Positions 30,687-39,343 of a stretch of DNA of 64,000 nucleotides are shown piece by piece. Position numbers and translations under genes: made by a program. How positions within the stretch are numbered: the stretch's first letter is position 1; every line of letters begins with the position of its first letter. The notes below the pieces were generated by a model. It was given only the letters and a program-made list of their open reading frames with translations. It had not been told where the DNA came from and made no database searches. The DNA is from Meyerozyma guilliermondii (Eukaryota): assembly GCA_051546255.1 (NCBI GenBank), contig CP128815.1, positions 930,001-994,000 of the forward strand, in the 5' to 3' direction.

Positions 30687-32516
30687 ATGTCAATAATTCA
30701 GGCCAGGTGTATTGGCAATTTGACCCGAAGGTCAATCGTCAATGTCATGTCTCGGAGATTTCAGTCTCTTGGGCCCAACCCTCAAGAGGTATATACCAAA
30801 ATTTCCGATACCAAAGATCCCAAAAGAGACAAGTTTTTCCAATATTCATGGGGTTCCTGGCTCAAGGATAACGAAAAGCAACGTGCAAAGAGAACCACAA
30901 GGTTTTCCATCGAGGGAGCTACTAAATTGATAGCAAACTTGATCAAGGAAAAAAGTGATGGAACAGTAAAAAGCCCTATATCGAAAAACGGTTCGTCGAT
31001 TTTATCTCACAATATTTTGCTGAAAACTATAGGAAACGATACCAATGTCACTATAAAGTCCATTTCGAGTATCCACGAAGGAAAGCACCATCGTGTGTAC
31101 AAAATTCTGTTATCTTCAGACAAGCAACTTGTATTAAGATTGCCTTATAGGCTTGAATCCGATGTGGCTATCCTGCAAAAAATCAAGAGCGAGGTTGCTA
31201 CAATGGATTTTCTTGATTTGAAACTTAAGCTTAATGTTCCCAAAGTTCTCGCATATGGTCCTGATCGTTCTAATGATCTCGAACATCCATTCATCTTGAT
31301 GGAATATATCGAGGGAGACTTGTTAATGAAGCAATGGGAGCCCATGTCAAAAGACGAGGAAACGGTGAAAAGTGTTATAACCCCAATTGCTGATTTCCAT
31401 CTGAAGGTGATTTCTGTCGAGTTTAACAAGTTTGGTTCTCTTTACTTTGATAAGGATGTGGCATCGGAACACAGACTTGATGCTGCATACGAGGGAGAAG
31501 AAAATGAATCTTTGTCTGGTAGATGGAGAATTGGTCCCAGCGTAGAGAAGCCATTTTCCAAAAGAAAGAACAAACTTTCTGCAAAAACTGTGGCACAACA
31601 TAATGGACCATGGAAGGCAGATGAACCATTGCAATTGATCACTTCGGTTACAGAGATTGAGCTTGAAAACTTGAAAAATAGACTTGCGCTTTCCCAGGCA
31701 GATGCTGGAAGCGACTTGGAAAACCAGGAAAACCTTAAGAAACAAATCACCACTTTCGAGCATCTCAAAGTGATGGGCCCCAAATTATTGAATCCTAAAT
31801 CCAAGTCTATCATGAACGCAGAGGAATTGTTCAAGCCTAGATTGTATGTTCCTGATCTTGATCCAATGAATGCAATTATCAATGTCAACAGAGACAACGA
31901 GCCTTATTTCTTGGACTTTGAATATTCCACGATCAAGCCATTTATTCTTTCCAACTACCCACCATTTGTGGCATATCATGGAGCCAAGGTATACGACTTG
32001 GAAAATGATATTCCTGGTTATGCTGACATGGATGAGGTTGAAAAGCAGCAATATGAATTCATGTTTTACAAGACTAGAAACGAGCGTATTTGGGAGAACG
32101 ATTTGAACTCTAGAAGACACGACTTGATAGCCGTGGCCTCTCCCCACATCAAGGTACTTCGGTCTCCATATACTCAAGTTTTGGAGTACAGAAACGACCA
32201 GGATTATCTTTATGTTGAGGCCTGTATTGTGCAATTACAGGCCATGTGGGAGGCATATGTTGCAAATGAGTTATGCAACAGTTCCGACGCAAAATTCCCC
32301 ATTGAGTATTCCAAAGAGTACTTGGATAAGCACACGCAAGCTCTCAACCAGTATCAGGCCGATATCGTTTCGACTCCATTTGCAGCCACTGATGGTTGGG
32401 TTCCACAAGACATGTTTGATCAGCTTCTCGAGCAAGGAATTTTAGTGGAGGAAAATGGAGAATACAAGGTGGCCACGGAAAAGGTATTGAAGCCAGAAGA
32501 AGGTGAAACCCAATAG
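30687..32516 (+). CDS. AIM9: Mitochondrial APH/kinase-like protein Aim9
   Basis: Arg-rich presequence, FFQYSWGSWL, SIHEGKHHRVY, SEVATMDF, FILMEYIEG, F.ATDGWVPQDMF. Confidence 0.92.
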   Translation: MSIIQARCIGNLTRRSIVNVMSRRFQSLGPNPQEVYTKISDTKDPKRDKFFQYSWGSWLKDNEKQRAKRTTRFSIEGATKLIANLIKEKSDGTVKSPISKNGSSILSHNILLKTIGNDTNVTIKSISSIHEGKHHRVYKILLSSDKQLVLRLPYRLESDVAILQKIKSEVATMDFLDLKLKLNVPKVLAYGPDRSNDLEHPFILMEYIEGDLLMKQWEPMSKDEETVKSVITPIADFHLKVISVEFNKFGSLYFDKDVASEHRLDAAYEGEENESLSGRWRIGPSVEKPFSKRKNKLSAKTVAQHNGPWKADEPLQLITSVTEIELENLKNRLALSQADAGSDLENQENLKKQITTFEHLKVMGPKLLNPKSKSIMNAEELFKPRLYVPDLDPMNAIINVNRDNEPYFLDFEYSTIKPFILSNYPPFVAYHGAKVYDLENDIPGYADMDEVEKQQYEFMFYKTRNERIWENDLNSRRHDLIAVASPHIKVLRSPYTQVLEYRNDQDYLYVEACIVQLQAMWEAYVANELCNSSDAKFPIEYSKEYLDKHTQALNQYQADIVSTPFAATDGWVPQDMFDQLLEQGILVEENGEYKVATEKVLKPEEGETQ

Positions 32517-32532
32517 AGTTCATGTATATAGT

Positions 32533-33009
32533 CTATAAATACTTTCGTGCGAGCGACTTCAACCTCATATCAAAGTCTGGTGAAGTTATGGCATCGTTGA
32601 CGGAATAGAACGGATTTAGAAGGCACTTTGTATATAAATCGTAAGCCTCGGAGAAAAATTGTTTCATCGAATTGTCGTCGTTTTTACTACTTGGGAACGG
32701 CCCAGTATTTCCATTGGCATCGAAACAGAGAACAAATTTAATGTTTCCTTGAGTGATGAATGCATTGACCAATAGGCCATAAAACAGGTCGATTTTCCCC
32801 AAATAAAACTGGTTCAGAGTCCATTGAGAATCTTCAATGAGATCAAGTGACGAATGAGAAATGAACGGAAGAATTTCTTTTACACTTGCAGAAAACTGTG
32901 ACACTCCAGGTACCACCTGTGAGCTGGGCGCACCCTTGAAAGACGAAAACTCGAGCTCATACACCGGGTTATCTCGCGTACCAATAATGGCAAAGTAGTA
33001 CGATGACAT
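32533..33009 (-). CDS. TRS20: TRAPP subunit Trs20 (sedlin family)
   Basis: YYFAIIGTRDNPVYELEF, PFI.HSSLD, YTKCLLNPFY, ITSPDFD...LARKYL; start MSSYYF (ATG 33009). Confidence 0.93.
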   Translation of the reverse strand: MSSYYFAIIGTRDNPVYELEFSSFKGAPSSQVVPGVSQFSASVKEILPFISHSSLDLIEDSQWTLNQFYLGKIDLFYGLLVNAFITQGNIKFVLCFDANGNTGPFPSSKNDDNSMKQFFSEAYDLYTKCLLNPFYSVNDAITSPDFDMRLKSLARKYL

Positions 33010-33165
33010 CGAAGTCTCAACAAAGACAGCCCCACAAACTTTCGATTGTGATCTCACATCCAACCACCAGATTCCGCGACTCAGCGGCTGATTGTTTTGT
33101 TTATCGTTCGGAGAAACCTAACGGCAACAAAGCCCTACCGATAATAATATTATCCGGACGTCCTC

Positions 33166-34443
33166 ATGTCGCTCCGGCCCAGCCATTCGTTTTATCTACC
33201 GAGGGCGCGTCCAAGGTCGCAACCAATAGATTTTGACAAACCAAATTTCATTTACTCCTCGGATATCGGTGAAATCGTTCAGCTGTTGTCATCCCGCTAT
33301 GCATTAATAGGCGGCTATAAAAAGGACGTGGTAGACCTTACGGACTATGTCGATGAGCTCACCGAGATACACATAAATATTGAACTTAATCTGCTTTTGG
33401 TGCGCAACAAACGTCTTCGAGCATCTGATCTTTTAAAGGAGAATCTCATCTATTTGGCAAGAACCGGCAAGAAGAACCGCAATTACACCAAGGTACCACT
33501 CGACCGCTTGTATATCCAGCCCCAAATGTTGGACGAAAATGATATATTCGTTGTTTCCATGTCTCTCAAGATCCTCGACTTCATAGTACGACGTCACAAC
33601 GACGGAGTGCTGATAACACTTGACTTTTTCAAAGACGAAAACTACGGTATTCTTGTCTTTTGCGACCACACGTTGATTTCCCAACTCGAAAATTATATTT
33701 CTATCGTGTTTAACAGATGCCTAACGTCAAACAAGCCATTGGAGCCTGACGACACCCCCATTCGCCATATGGTGGTAATCGACCAGTTGGAAGACGAATC
33801 GTCAATCCTCCATGACCACTCCCTTACTGACTCAACCCTTCAAACTAATGATTCCATAGACCTCGATAAATCGTTCCAATACGATACCGAACATGTTGTC
33901 GACGATGACTTCGAAACATCATCGTTCGACGATATCGACGACGCCATCATGATGGATGGTGCCACCCGATCCAATAGTCGAGACGACCAGCATACCCATA
34001 ATCTCCATACGCGACTATCACCACGTTTGAATACCATCGAAGAATGCGACAAAAGTGATAGTTTTGTTAGCGATGTGAACAACTTGAGACATAACGAAAG
34101 TGACGAGAAATCCCAGATACCACCCTCTTCCCCAAAATCCCCGGAAGCTGAAGGTCCGTTGACCAGAAAACTGTCAGTGACGTCTTATGCTTCTCCAAAG
34201 AAGAATGATAATCTCTCACGCAAAACGTCCACTGCATCATTCTCGATGATTGACTATCAGGATCAGGATTTAGACTTTGCATTCAAGGACAAATCCAACT
34301 CTGTACCCATGTACATCAAGGACAATAAGAAGTTCAAATTCATCAAGATTGGCAAGGTGCAAAAGTTTGTCAATTTGTTTGAGGAAAAAGCCAGTGTGGA
34401 TAGCCAACCATCCTCGCGATGTTCGAGCCCACTTCGACGTTAA
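33166..34443 (+). CDS. Uncharacterised protein (425 aa)
   Basis: Long ORF: globular-looking N-half, acidic/Ser-rich linker, short C-terminal motif KFKFIKIGKVQKFVNLFEEK. Family not recognised. Confidence 0.8.
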   Translation: MSLRPSHSFYLPRARPRSQPIDFDKPNFIYSSDIGEIVQLLSSRYALIGGYKKDVVDLTDYVDELTEIHINIELNLLLVRNKRLRASDLLKENLIYLARTGKKNRNYTKVPLDRLYIQPQMLDENDIFVVSMSLKILDFIVRRHNDGVLITLDFFKDENYGILVFCDHTLISQLENYISIVFNRCLTSNKPLEPDDTPIRHMVVIDQLEDESSILHDHSLTDSTLQTNDSIDLDKSFQYDTEHVVDDDFETSSFDDIDDAIMMDGATRSNSRDDQHTHNLHTRLSPRLNTIEECDKSDSFVSDVNNLRHNESDEKSQIPPSSPKSPEAEGPLTRKLSVTSYASPKKNDNLSRKTSTASFSMIDYQDQDLDFAFKDKSNSVPMYIKDNKKFKFIKIGKVQKFVNLFEEKASVDSQPSSRCSSPLRR

Positions 34444-34463
34444 TAGCATACACGAATACATGA

Positions 34464-34842
34464 TCATACTTCGATATCTTTCTGGTTAATGGTGTCGATC
34501 AATTGGTTGAATCTTTCATATACTTTAGCGACATCTATAGTCTCACTGACATCTCCTTCTTCGACACGCATGGTTCCCAAACACCACACTTCTTTTAACC
34601 CTCGAGTCATTGTGAGCATATCTTCACATAATCGAATGATCATGAATGCATCTGACTCGATTGTAAGTGATTCTACCGCTAATAGCTCTTTGGACTTATC
34701 CTCGACATTGGCAACATCAAATATATCTTGAAACTTTTGTAGTATTTGTTCAATTGTCGAGTCTATCTTCTCTTCGTTAGTAATTGAGTAGCGTGAAAAA
34801 ACCAAGGTACCTACGTAATAAGGCTATAGATCGTGGTTGCAT
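34464..34842 (-). CDS. SRB6: Mediator subunit Med22, two exons (34842-34815, 34771-34464)
   Basis: Spliced product MQPRSIALLQKIDSTIEQILQKFQDIF...IIRLCEDML.MTR.LKE.WCLG; intron 34814-34772 GTAGGT...TACTAAC-GAAG; neighbour of TRS20/MTC4/DUT1. Confidence 0.88.
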
Positions 34843-34913
34843 TGCCGAAACAATTCAAGTTGTGAAGAAATGCGCACTTCTGTGTCACCTGATAGAACTC
34901 CAGGTTTTCTTAC

Positions 34914-34920
34914 TGACTCA
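34914..34920 (+). promoter_or_regulatory. Gcn4 response element TGACTCA
   Basis: Perfect 7-mer 35 nt upstream of the DAHP-synthase-like ORF. Confidence 0.65.
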
Positions 34921-34955
34921 TCGTTTACAAAAAGAATTATACACCAGGGAACTCT

Positions 34956-36107
34956 ATGAGTGAGATATCCATTATAGACCTCGCTTCTAGGCACGCTATC
35001 AAGCTGCTTAGTTTAGATGACGAAAAGCGAAAACCTTCGGAAAATCAAAACGAACATGTCAACTCGTCCGCTTGGAAGTTTGATTCAGCCGGCGAATCTA
35101 CCATTGGTTCGGGTCTCAATTTGAAGGAACGGGGATACTTTGCCATTCCCCAGCCTGAAATTATTCAAAACTATTTGGTTCCTCTTCTGCCGTCACTTCA
35201 AGCAAGAATTCTCAAAAATCGTCAAGATATTACCGATATTTTGCAGTCAAAACCAGGAAAAAGGTCCGGTTTTTTGGTGGTTGTGGGTCCTTCTCATCTT
35301 CAAGGTATAGAGCAAGCCGAAAGCTTGCGAGATTGGGTGTCCTCCATCCAAGATTTCCCTAATTTACTTGTGAGCGTAAGAACGAACTTGAGTAAACCTC
35401 GACTTGTTCTGTTGACAGACGACAAACAGTCACTCATGCCTTACGAGATTGAATTTGGCTTACCCAGGCTTCGTTCTCTCTTGCTTTCCATTGCCAAAGA
35501 TTGCCCTTTGGTGGGAGATATTACCAACACGATCACACCTCAATACGTTTCCGATTTGTACTCGATGGGAATTGTTGGTTCTGACGTTGTTGAGTCTCAG
35601 CTCCATCGTGAGCTTGCCTCAGGAGTTTCATATCCAGTTGGTTTCAGTACAACAACCGAAGAGCCAGTTTTGAACCCAGTAATGTTCAATCACCGCTTGT
35701 CTTCGGCATTGGATGCCATGTTTGCATCTGCTCAACCTCATAGATTTCTCTCTGTGACGAAGCTTGGCACCGTGGCAGTTGTGGGAACAGAAGGAAACTC
35801 CGACTCGTTTGTGGTGCTTCCACTCTCTTCCATGCCCTCAGAGGACGAAGTTGGCTCGAAAATAAAAGCCATCTACGATTATCCAAAAATTGGCACCGAT
35901 TCCCCTCGTGTGATGTTGGATGTTGGCAAGCTTGGTGACTCCAATTATGAGGAAGTTCTCAGTTTGGTCAAACGTACCATCAACGGCCCAGCTGGACACA
36001 AAGTCATGGGTGTTACAATTGATAGTGGAGACAGCTATGGTCAGGGAAACAAGCAAGTATTGTATGCTGAAAAAATGTTGCACGAAATCAACTCGATTCT
36101 TTCATGA
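34956..36107 (+). CDS. Class I DAHP synthase (Aro3/Aro4)-like protein with degenerate active site
   Basis: Family motifs LVVVGP, KPR, TITPQY.SDL, ESQLHRELASG.SYPVGF, PH.FLSVTK.G...T.GN, MGV.I.S retained; catalytic motifs altered (see findings). Confidence 0.85.
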   Translation: MSEISIIDLASRHAIKLLSLDDEKRKPSENQNEHVNSSAWKFDSAGESTIGSGLNLKERGYFAIPQPEIIQNYLVPLLPSLQARILKNRQDITDILQSKPGKRSGFLVVVGPSHLQGIEQAESLRDWVSSIQDFPNLLVSVRTNLSKPRLVLLTDDKQSLMPYEIEFGLPRLRSLLLSIAKDCPLVGDITNTITPQYVSDLYSMGIVGSDVVESQLHRELASGVSYPVGFSTTTEEPVLNPVMFNHRLSSALDAMFASAQPHRFLSVTKLGTVAVVGTEGNSDSFVVLPLSSMPSEDEVGSKIKAIYDYPKIGTDSPRVMLDVGKLGDSNYEEVLSLVKRTINGPAGHKVMGVTIDSGDSYGQGNKQVLYAEKMLHEINSILS

Positions 36108-36113
36108 CTATTC

Positions 36114-38048
36114 CTATATAAATATCCTAATGATTCTCCATATCACCCTAATAATATATAGAAGGCATCGGAAAACATTGGCAATCACCCATATTATCCG
36201 CAAGGAAATGACAATGCAGTTCTCCAAAATAAGGTACAATATCTGCTTATTCCCACTATCACTCATGTTCATATACTCGTTATCCTTCAAAGCTCCGGCT
36301 ATCATACCTCCAAAAAAAGAGTTATTTAACCGGTCGAGCTTCTCATTGACTTTCCGAAGCTCGTGAGAAATTGAAGTGTTCACCTCACCAATCAGACGAT
36401 CACTGCTACTTAAAAGATTGTCAATTCGAACCGAATAATTTTCATTGATTTGGTGAATAACAGACTTGATTTCGTCGTTAAATCCGTTGTACAACATCTC
36501 ATACGCGGGTAATATGTTTTCATGTATCTCGAAGGTAGACTCGTTAAGCCTTACGAGGTCCACTTCCACAATCTCTTGGATTATACTTGTGAGTTTGTTC
36601 ACTAGATCAGGGTACAGATTGGTCATGTAGTATAGTTTGAGTTCAATAACAGCCTGGAGGTATGAAAATTGTGAGCGAGTAATGCAAATATCCTTGTCGC
36701 ATGCTTGCAATTGCTCGACTGAAAGCTGAGTAGTTTCTTGGTCGTTATCCGAATCCTGGGGCAGTTCATCGGTATTAACTTGTACCCTCAGCATCGATTT
36801 GAATGGTACTTTTTTGACTTCATTTTCCAGTTCGATGTATATCTCTGGTGGAATCATTTTGTAGTTTGGGCTTGAATCCAAGGGATCCACATTATCTTGT
36901 TCATTTGACGGCGGGGACACAGGTTTGAAAAACTGCTTACTCAAATCTTCATGAGTCCCCGTTGGTTCCTCTTCCAAGTCTTCCACGTCAGATTCCAGCT
37001 CTGAAGTTGAAGGTGATGATCCCAAGTATAATTTTCTTGCTCCACGTTTTACTCTTTTTTTGACATGATGTCGGCGACGATTAGGAGATCTAGCTCTCGA
37101 GATCTTTATGAGGAACTTGCCGTCATCTTCGTCAGTGATAGAGGTATTCAAAGACAGACTTTTGAGGTCTTTCGACGAGTCTGAGATGTCATCAGCAAAT
37201 AGCTTTTCGTGCATTCGCTTTCGAATATTATGACCATGCATATGGATTTCTAGGGACGACTCGTTCGATGTGGGTCTCTTGGGAAACCATAATTGGCCCT
37301 TTGGGTTCTTAATTTCATGCCAGTGGTCTTGTCGCCAGGGAGTATCATCAAGAAGTTCGTTGAGGTCAATGCCCCAAAGCATTCTCCAGTTCTTTCGTGA
37401 GTCGTTGTGGGAGCTAAATGCATTACATGGTAAAGGAAGAAGCCTTATGGTTAATTGGCGAGGGTACTCTTTGTACTTGGCCCTGATCTTTCTGTTCCTT
37501 ATGATCTGAAGAGGATTGTATAGCCCTTCCACTCCCGGGTGTGATATTGATTCAGGAGACTGAGACCACTCGTACACACGGTGGATATACAAATACTTGA
37601 GTCCCAACATGGTTCTTACCTTGTCTGCTCTAGCCAATGTACTGCTCGAAGCAGCTATAGAAGTATTCTTGCGGTCTTCATTTGGAGGTTGTACCAAATC
37701 GTTAGCCTGTACCACTTTCTTCGTGTCCAATAGAATAGAAGCAAGTTGGGATGCTTGTTTTACTTCTACTTCTTGTGGTGCTTTGTCGTCGCTTCTTGCC
37801 TTTCTACTGGGCTTGGGGACATCAAAGTTAAGCCAGTCATTACTCACAGCGAACTTCTTTGTTGCTGAATCTGACAGAATCGGTCGCTTGGAGCTCTTCT
37901 TTCCTTTGTGGCCGTCTTTTGGCTTATTTCGCTTGGTTTCAGCTTCTCCGTGATCATTCTTGACTTCTCCACTTGATAACCGAAGCGGGATTAAAGGCGA
38001 TTTAGGAGATACTGGAGTATTCTCCTGAGCAGCCTGCGACGGTGACAT
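36114..38048 (-). CDS. MTC4: Maintenance of telomere capping protein Mtc4
   Basis: HPGVEGLYNPLQIIRNRKIR motif, C-terminal coiled coil and hydrophobic tail; synteny with TRS20/SRB6/DUT1. Start set at MSPSQ (ATG 38048). Confidence 0.8.
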   Translation of the reverse strand: MSPSQAAQENTPVSPKSPLIPLRLSSGEVKNDHGEAETKRNKPKDGHKGKKSSKRPILSDSATKKFAVSNDWLNFDVPKPSRKARSDDKAPQEVEVKQASQLASILLDTKKVVQANDLVQPPNEDRKNTSIAASSSTLARADKVRTMLGLKYLYIHRVYEWSQSPESISHPGVEGLYNPLQIIRNRKIRAKYKEYPRQLTIRLLPLPCNAFSSHNDSRKNWRMLWGIDLNELLDDTPWRQDHWHEIKNPKGQLWFPKRPTSNESSLEIHMHGHNIRKRMHEKLFADDISDSSKDLKSLSLNTSITDEDDGKFLIKISRARSPNRRRHHVKKRVKRGARKLYLGSSPSTSELESDVEDLEEEPTGTHEDLSKQFFKPVSPPSNEQDNVDPLDSSPNYKMIPPEIYIELENEVKKVPFKSMLRVQVNTDELPQDSDNDQETTQLSVEQLQACDKDICITRSQFSYLQAVIELKLYYMTNLYPDLVNKLTSIIQEIVEVDLVRLNESTFEIHENILPAYEMLYNGFNDEIKSVIHQINENYSVRIDNLLSSSDRLIGEVNTSISHELRKVNEKLDRLNNSFFGGMIAGALKDNEYMNMSDSGNKQILYLILENCIVISLRIIWVIANVFRCLLYIIRVIWRIIRIFI

Positions 38049-38236
38049 GTATAGCGCCGTGTTGTGGGCTCTTTTCGAGGGACGAACGAGCTTTTTTTGT
38101 GGAATACGTATAAGTCTGAAACTATAAAGGGTACTGCGGATCGTGTAAAATGTATAGGTGCAGTGGGCGCGGGTGGGGAAATCATGAACCAAAAATAGTG
38201 GCACCTTGAGAAGCACCACCATAGTTTTTCACCATA

Positions 38237-39199
38237 ATGCCAATTCCCTACATCAAGTCCAAGGATGATTTGGACTTGTACATATCCCAGAATGATTATG
38301 TGATGATCAATTTCACCGCGTCATGGTGTGGTCCGTGCAAAGCAGTGGCACCTATTTTGGAACAATTATACAGCGATCCAGAACAACGGTATAATATGAT
38401 AGAGGTGGTTAAGGTTGATTTGGATTCTCAGCAGGAGGTGTGTCGTCGGTATGAAGTCACCAGCGTGCCTACGTTTGTTTTTATTGAAAAGGGTAAGGAA
38501 ACGAGTCGAACAGTGGGAGGAAATATTCCTGAAATCAAACAGAAACTCGATGCCTTGCGGGAGAAAGCTCCTGAGGGATTAAAGAGGAAGGAGAGAGGAA
38601 CTCCCGTAAAGATTGCAGACGAATTGAAGAAATATATCAGCGGCAATTACGAGATTCTAAATTCTACGGTTCATACTGGAGGCTTTGAAGCACTCAATGC
38701 CATCAGCTTATACGCCAACGGAGACTTGAGAGTTACCATCAAGCAGAGTACCAAGAAAATGGGAATTATATCCGATGCCGATGCTCAATTGTTACTCCAT
38801 GTGCCCTTGATGAACATTTCAAAAGTATATTCGATATTGTTGAAACTCAAAAAGCCCGAATACAAGCAGGAATACGTTCTTGATGAAGAAGATTACTCCC
38901 AGGAGACCCAGTTCCCCTCGGTGGTGAAAGTATGGGCAAATCACACCAGTCTCATATCCTTTGACGACGCCGCAAGCGACAATAATCCAGGACACATTGA
39001 GAAAATCGGCGAACCGGACGAAAATGGCTGGTACGAGTGTCGCTTGAAGTTTGTCCGGTTTCAAAAGACCCAGTCTCTTACGATCTTTGTCGATGGAGAT
39101 GACGAAGACTTGCATACATTGATAGATGAAATTGTCATTGTGGGATTGTCGGGAGAAGCTAAGGAGCAGCCAACGCTTCTGGCTCTAGAAGAGGATTAG
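38237..39199 (+). CDS. Thioredoxin-like protein with C-terminal PITH domain (TXNL1/Txl1-like)
   Basis: FTASWCGPCK active site; PITH-like SDADAQLLLHVP, LKFVRFQ..QSLTIFV. Confidence 0.9.
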   Translation: MPIPYIKSKDDLDLYISQNDYVMINFTASWCGPCKAVAPILEQLYSDPEQRYNMIEVVKVDLDSQQEVCRRYEVTSVPTFVFIEKGKETSRTVGGNIPEIKQKLDALREKAPEGLKRKERGTPVKIADELKKYISGNYEILNSTVHTGGFEALNAISLYANGDLRVTIKQSTKKMGIISDADAQLLLHVPLMNISKVYSILLKLKKPEYKQEYVLDEEDYSQETQFPSVVKVWANHTSLISFDDAASDNNPGHIEKIGEPDENGWYECRLKFVRFQKTQSLTIFVDGDDEDLHTLIDEIVIVGLSGEAKEQPTLLALEED

Positions 39200-39343
39200 T
39201 CCATATCTACAACCAGTACATAGATCTGAATACATAGCCATGCGGTCCGTGGCTGCCGATGTCTTCCTGCACACGCGCCGTGTCCAGCACCGAAATTTGA
39301 ACTTGATAAATTTGTGTTGCAACTTTGAACGAGGCGACGAATT

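Noticed and set aside
34464..34805. ORF-track N-terminal extensions from TTG/GTG-type starts (SRB6, and likewise RPS21, RRP40, TRS20, AIM9, DUT1, MTC4, GLG)
   Set aside because: Eukaryotic locus; homology begins at downstream ATGs or at upstream spliced exons.
38197..38205. AGTGGCACC as a possible Rpn4 site before the thioredoxin-PITH gene
   Set aside because: Only a partial match to the GGTGGCAAA-type consensus.
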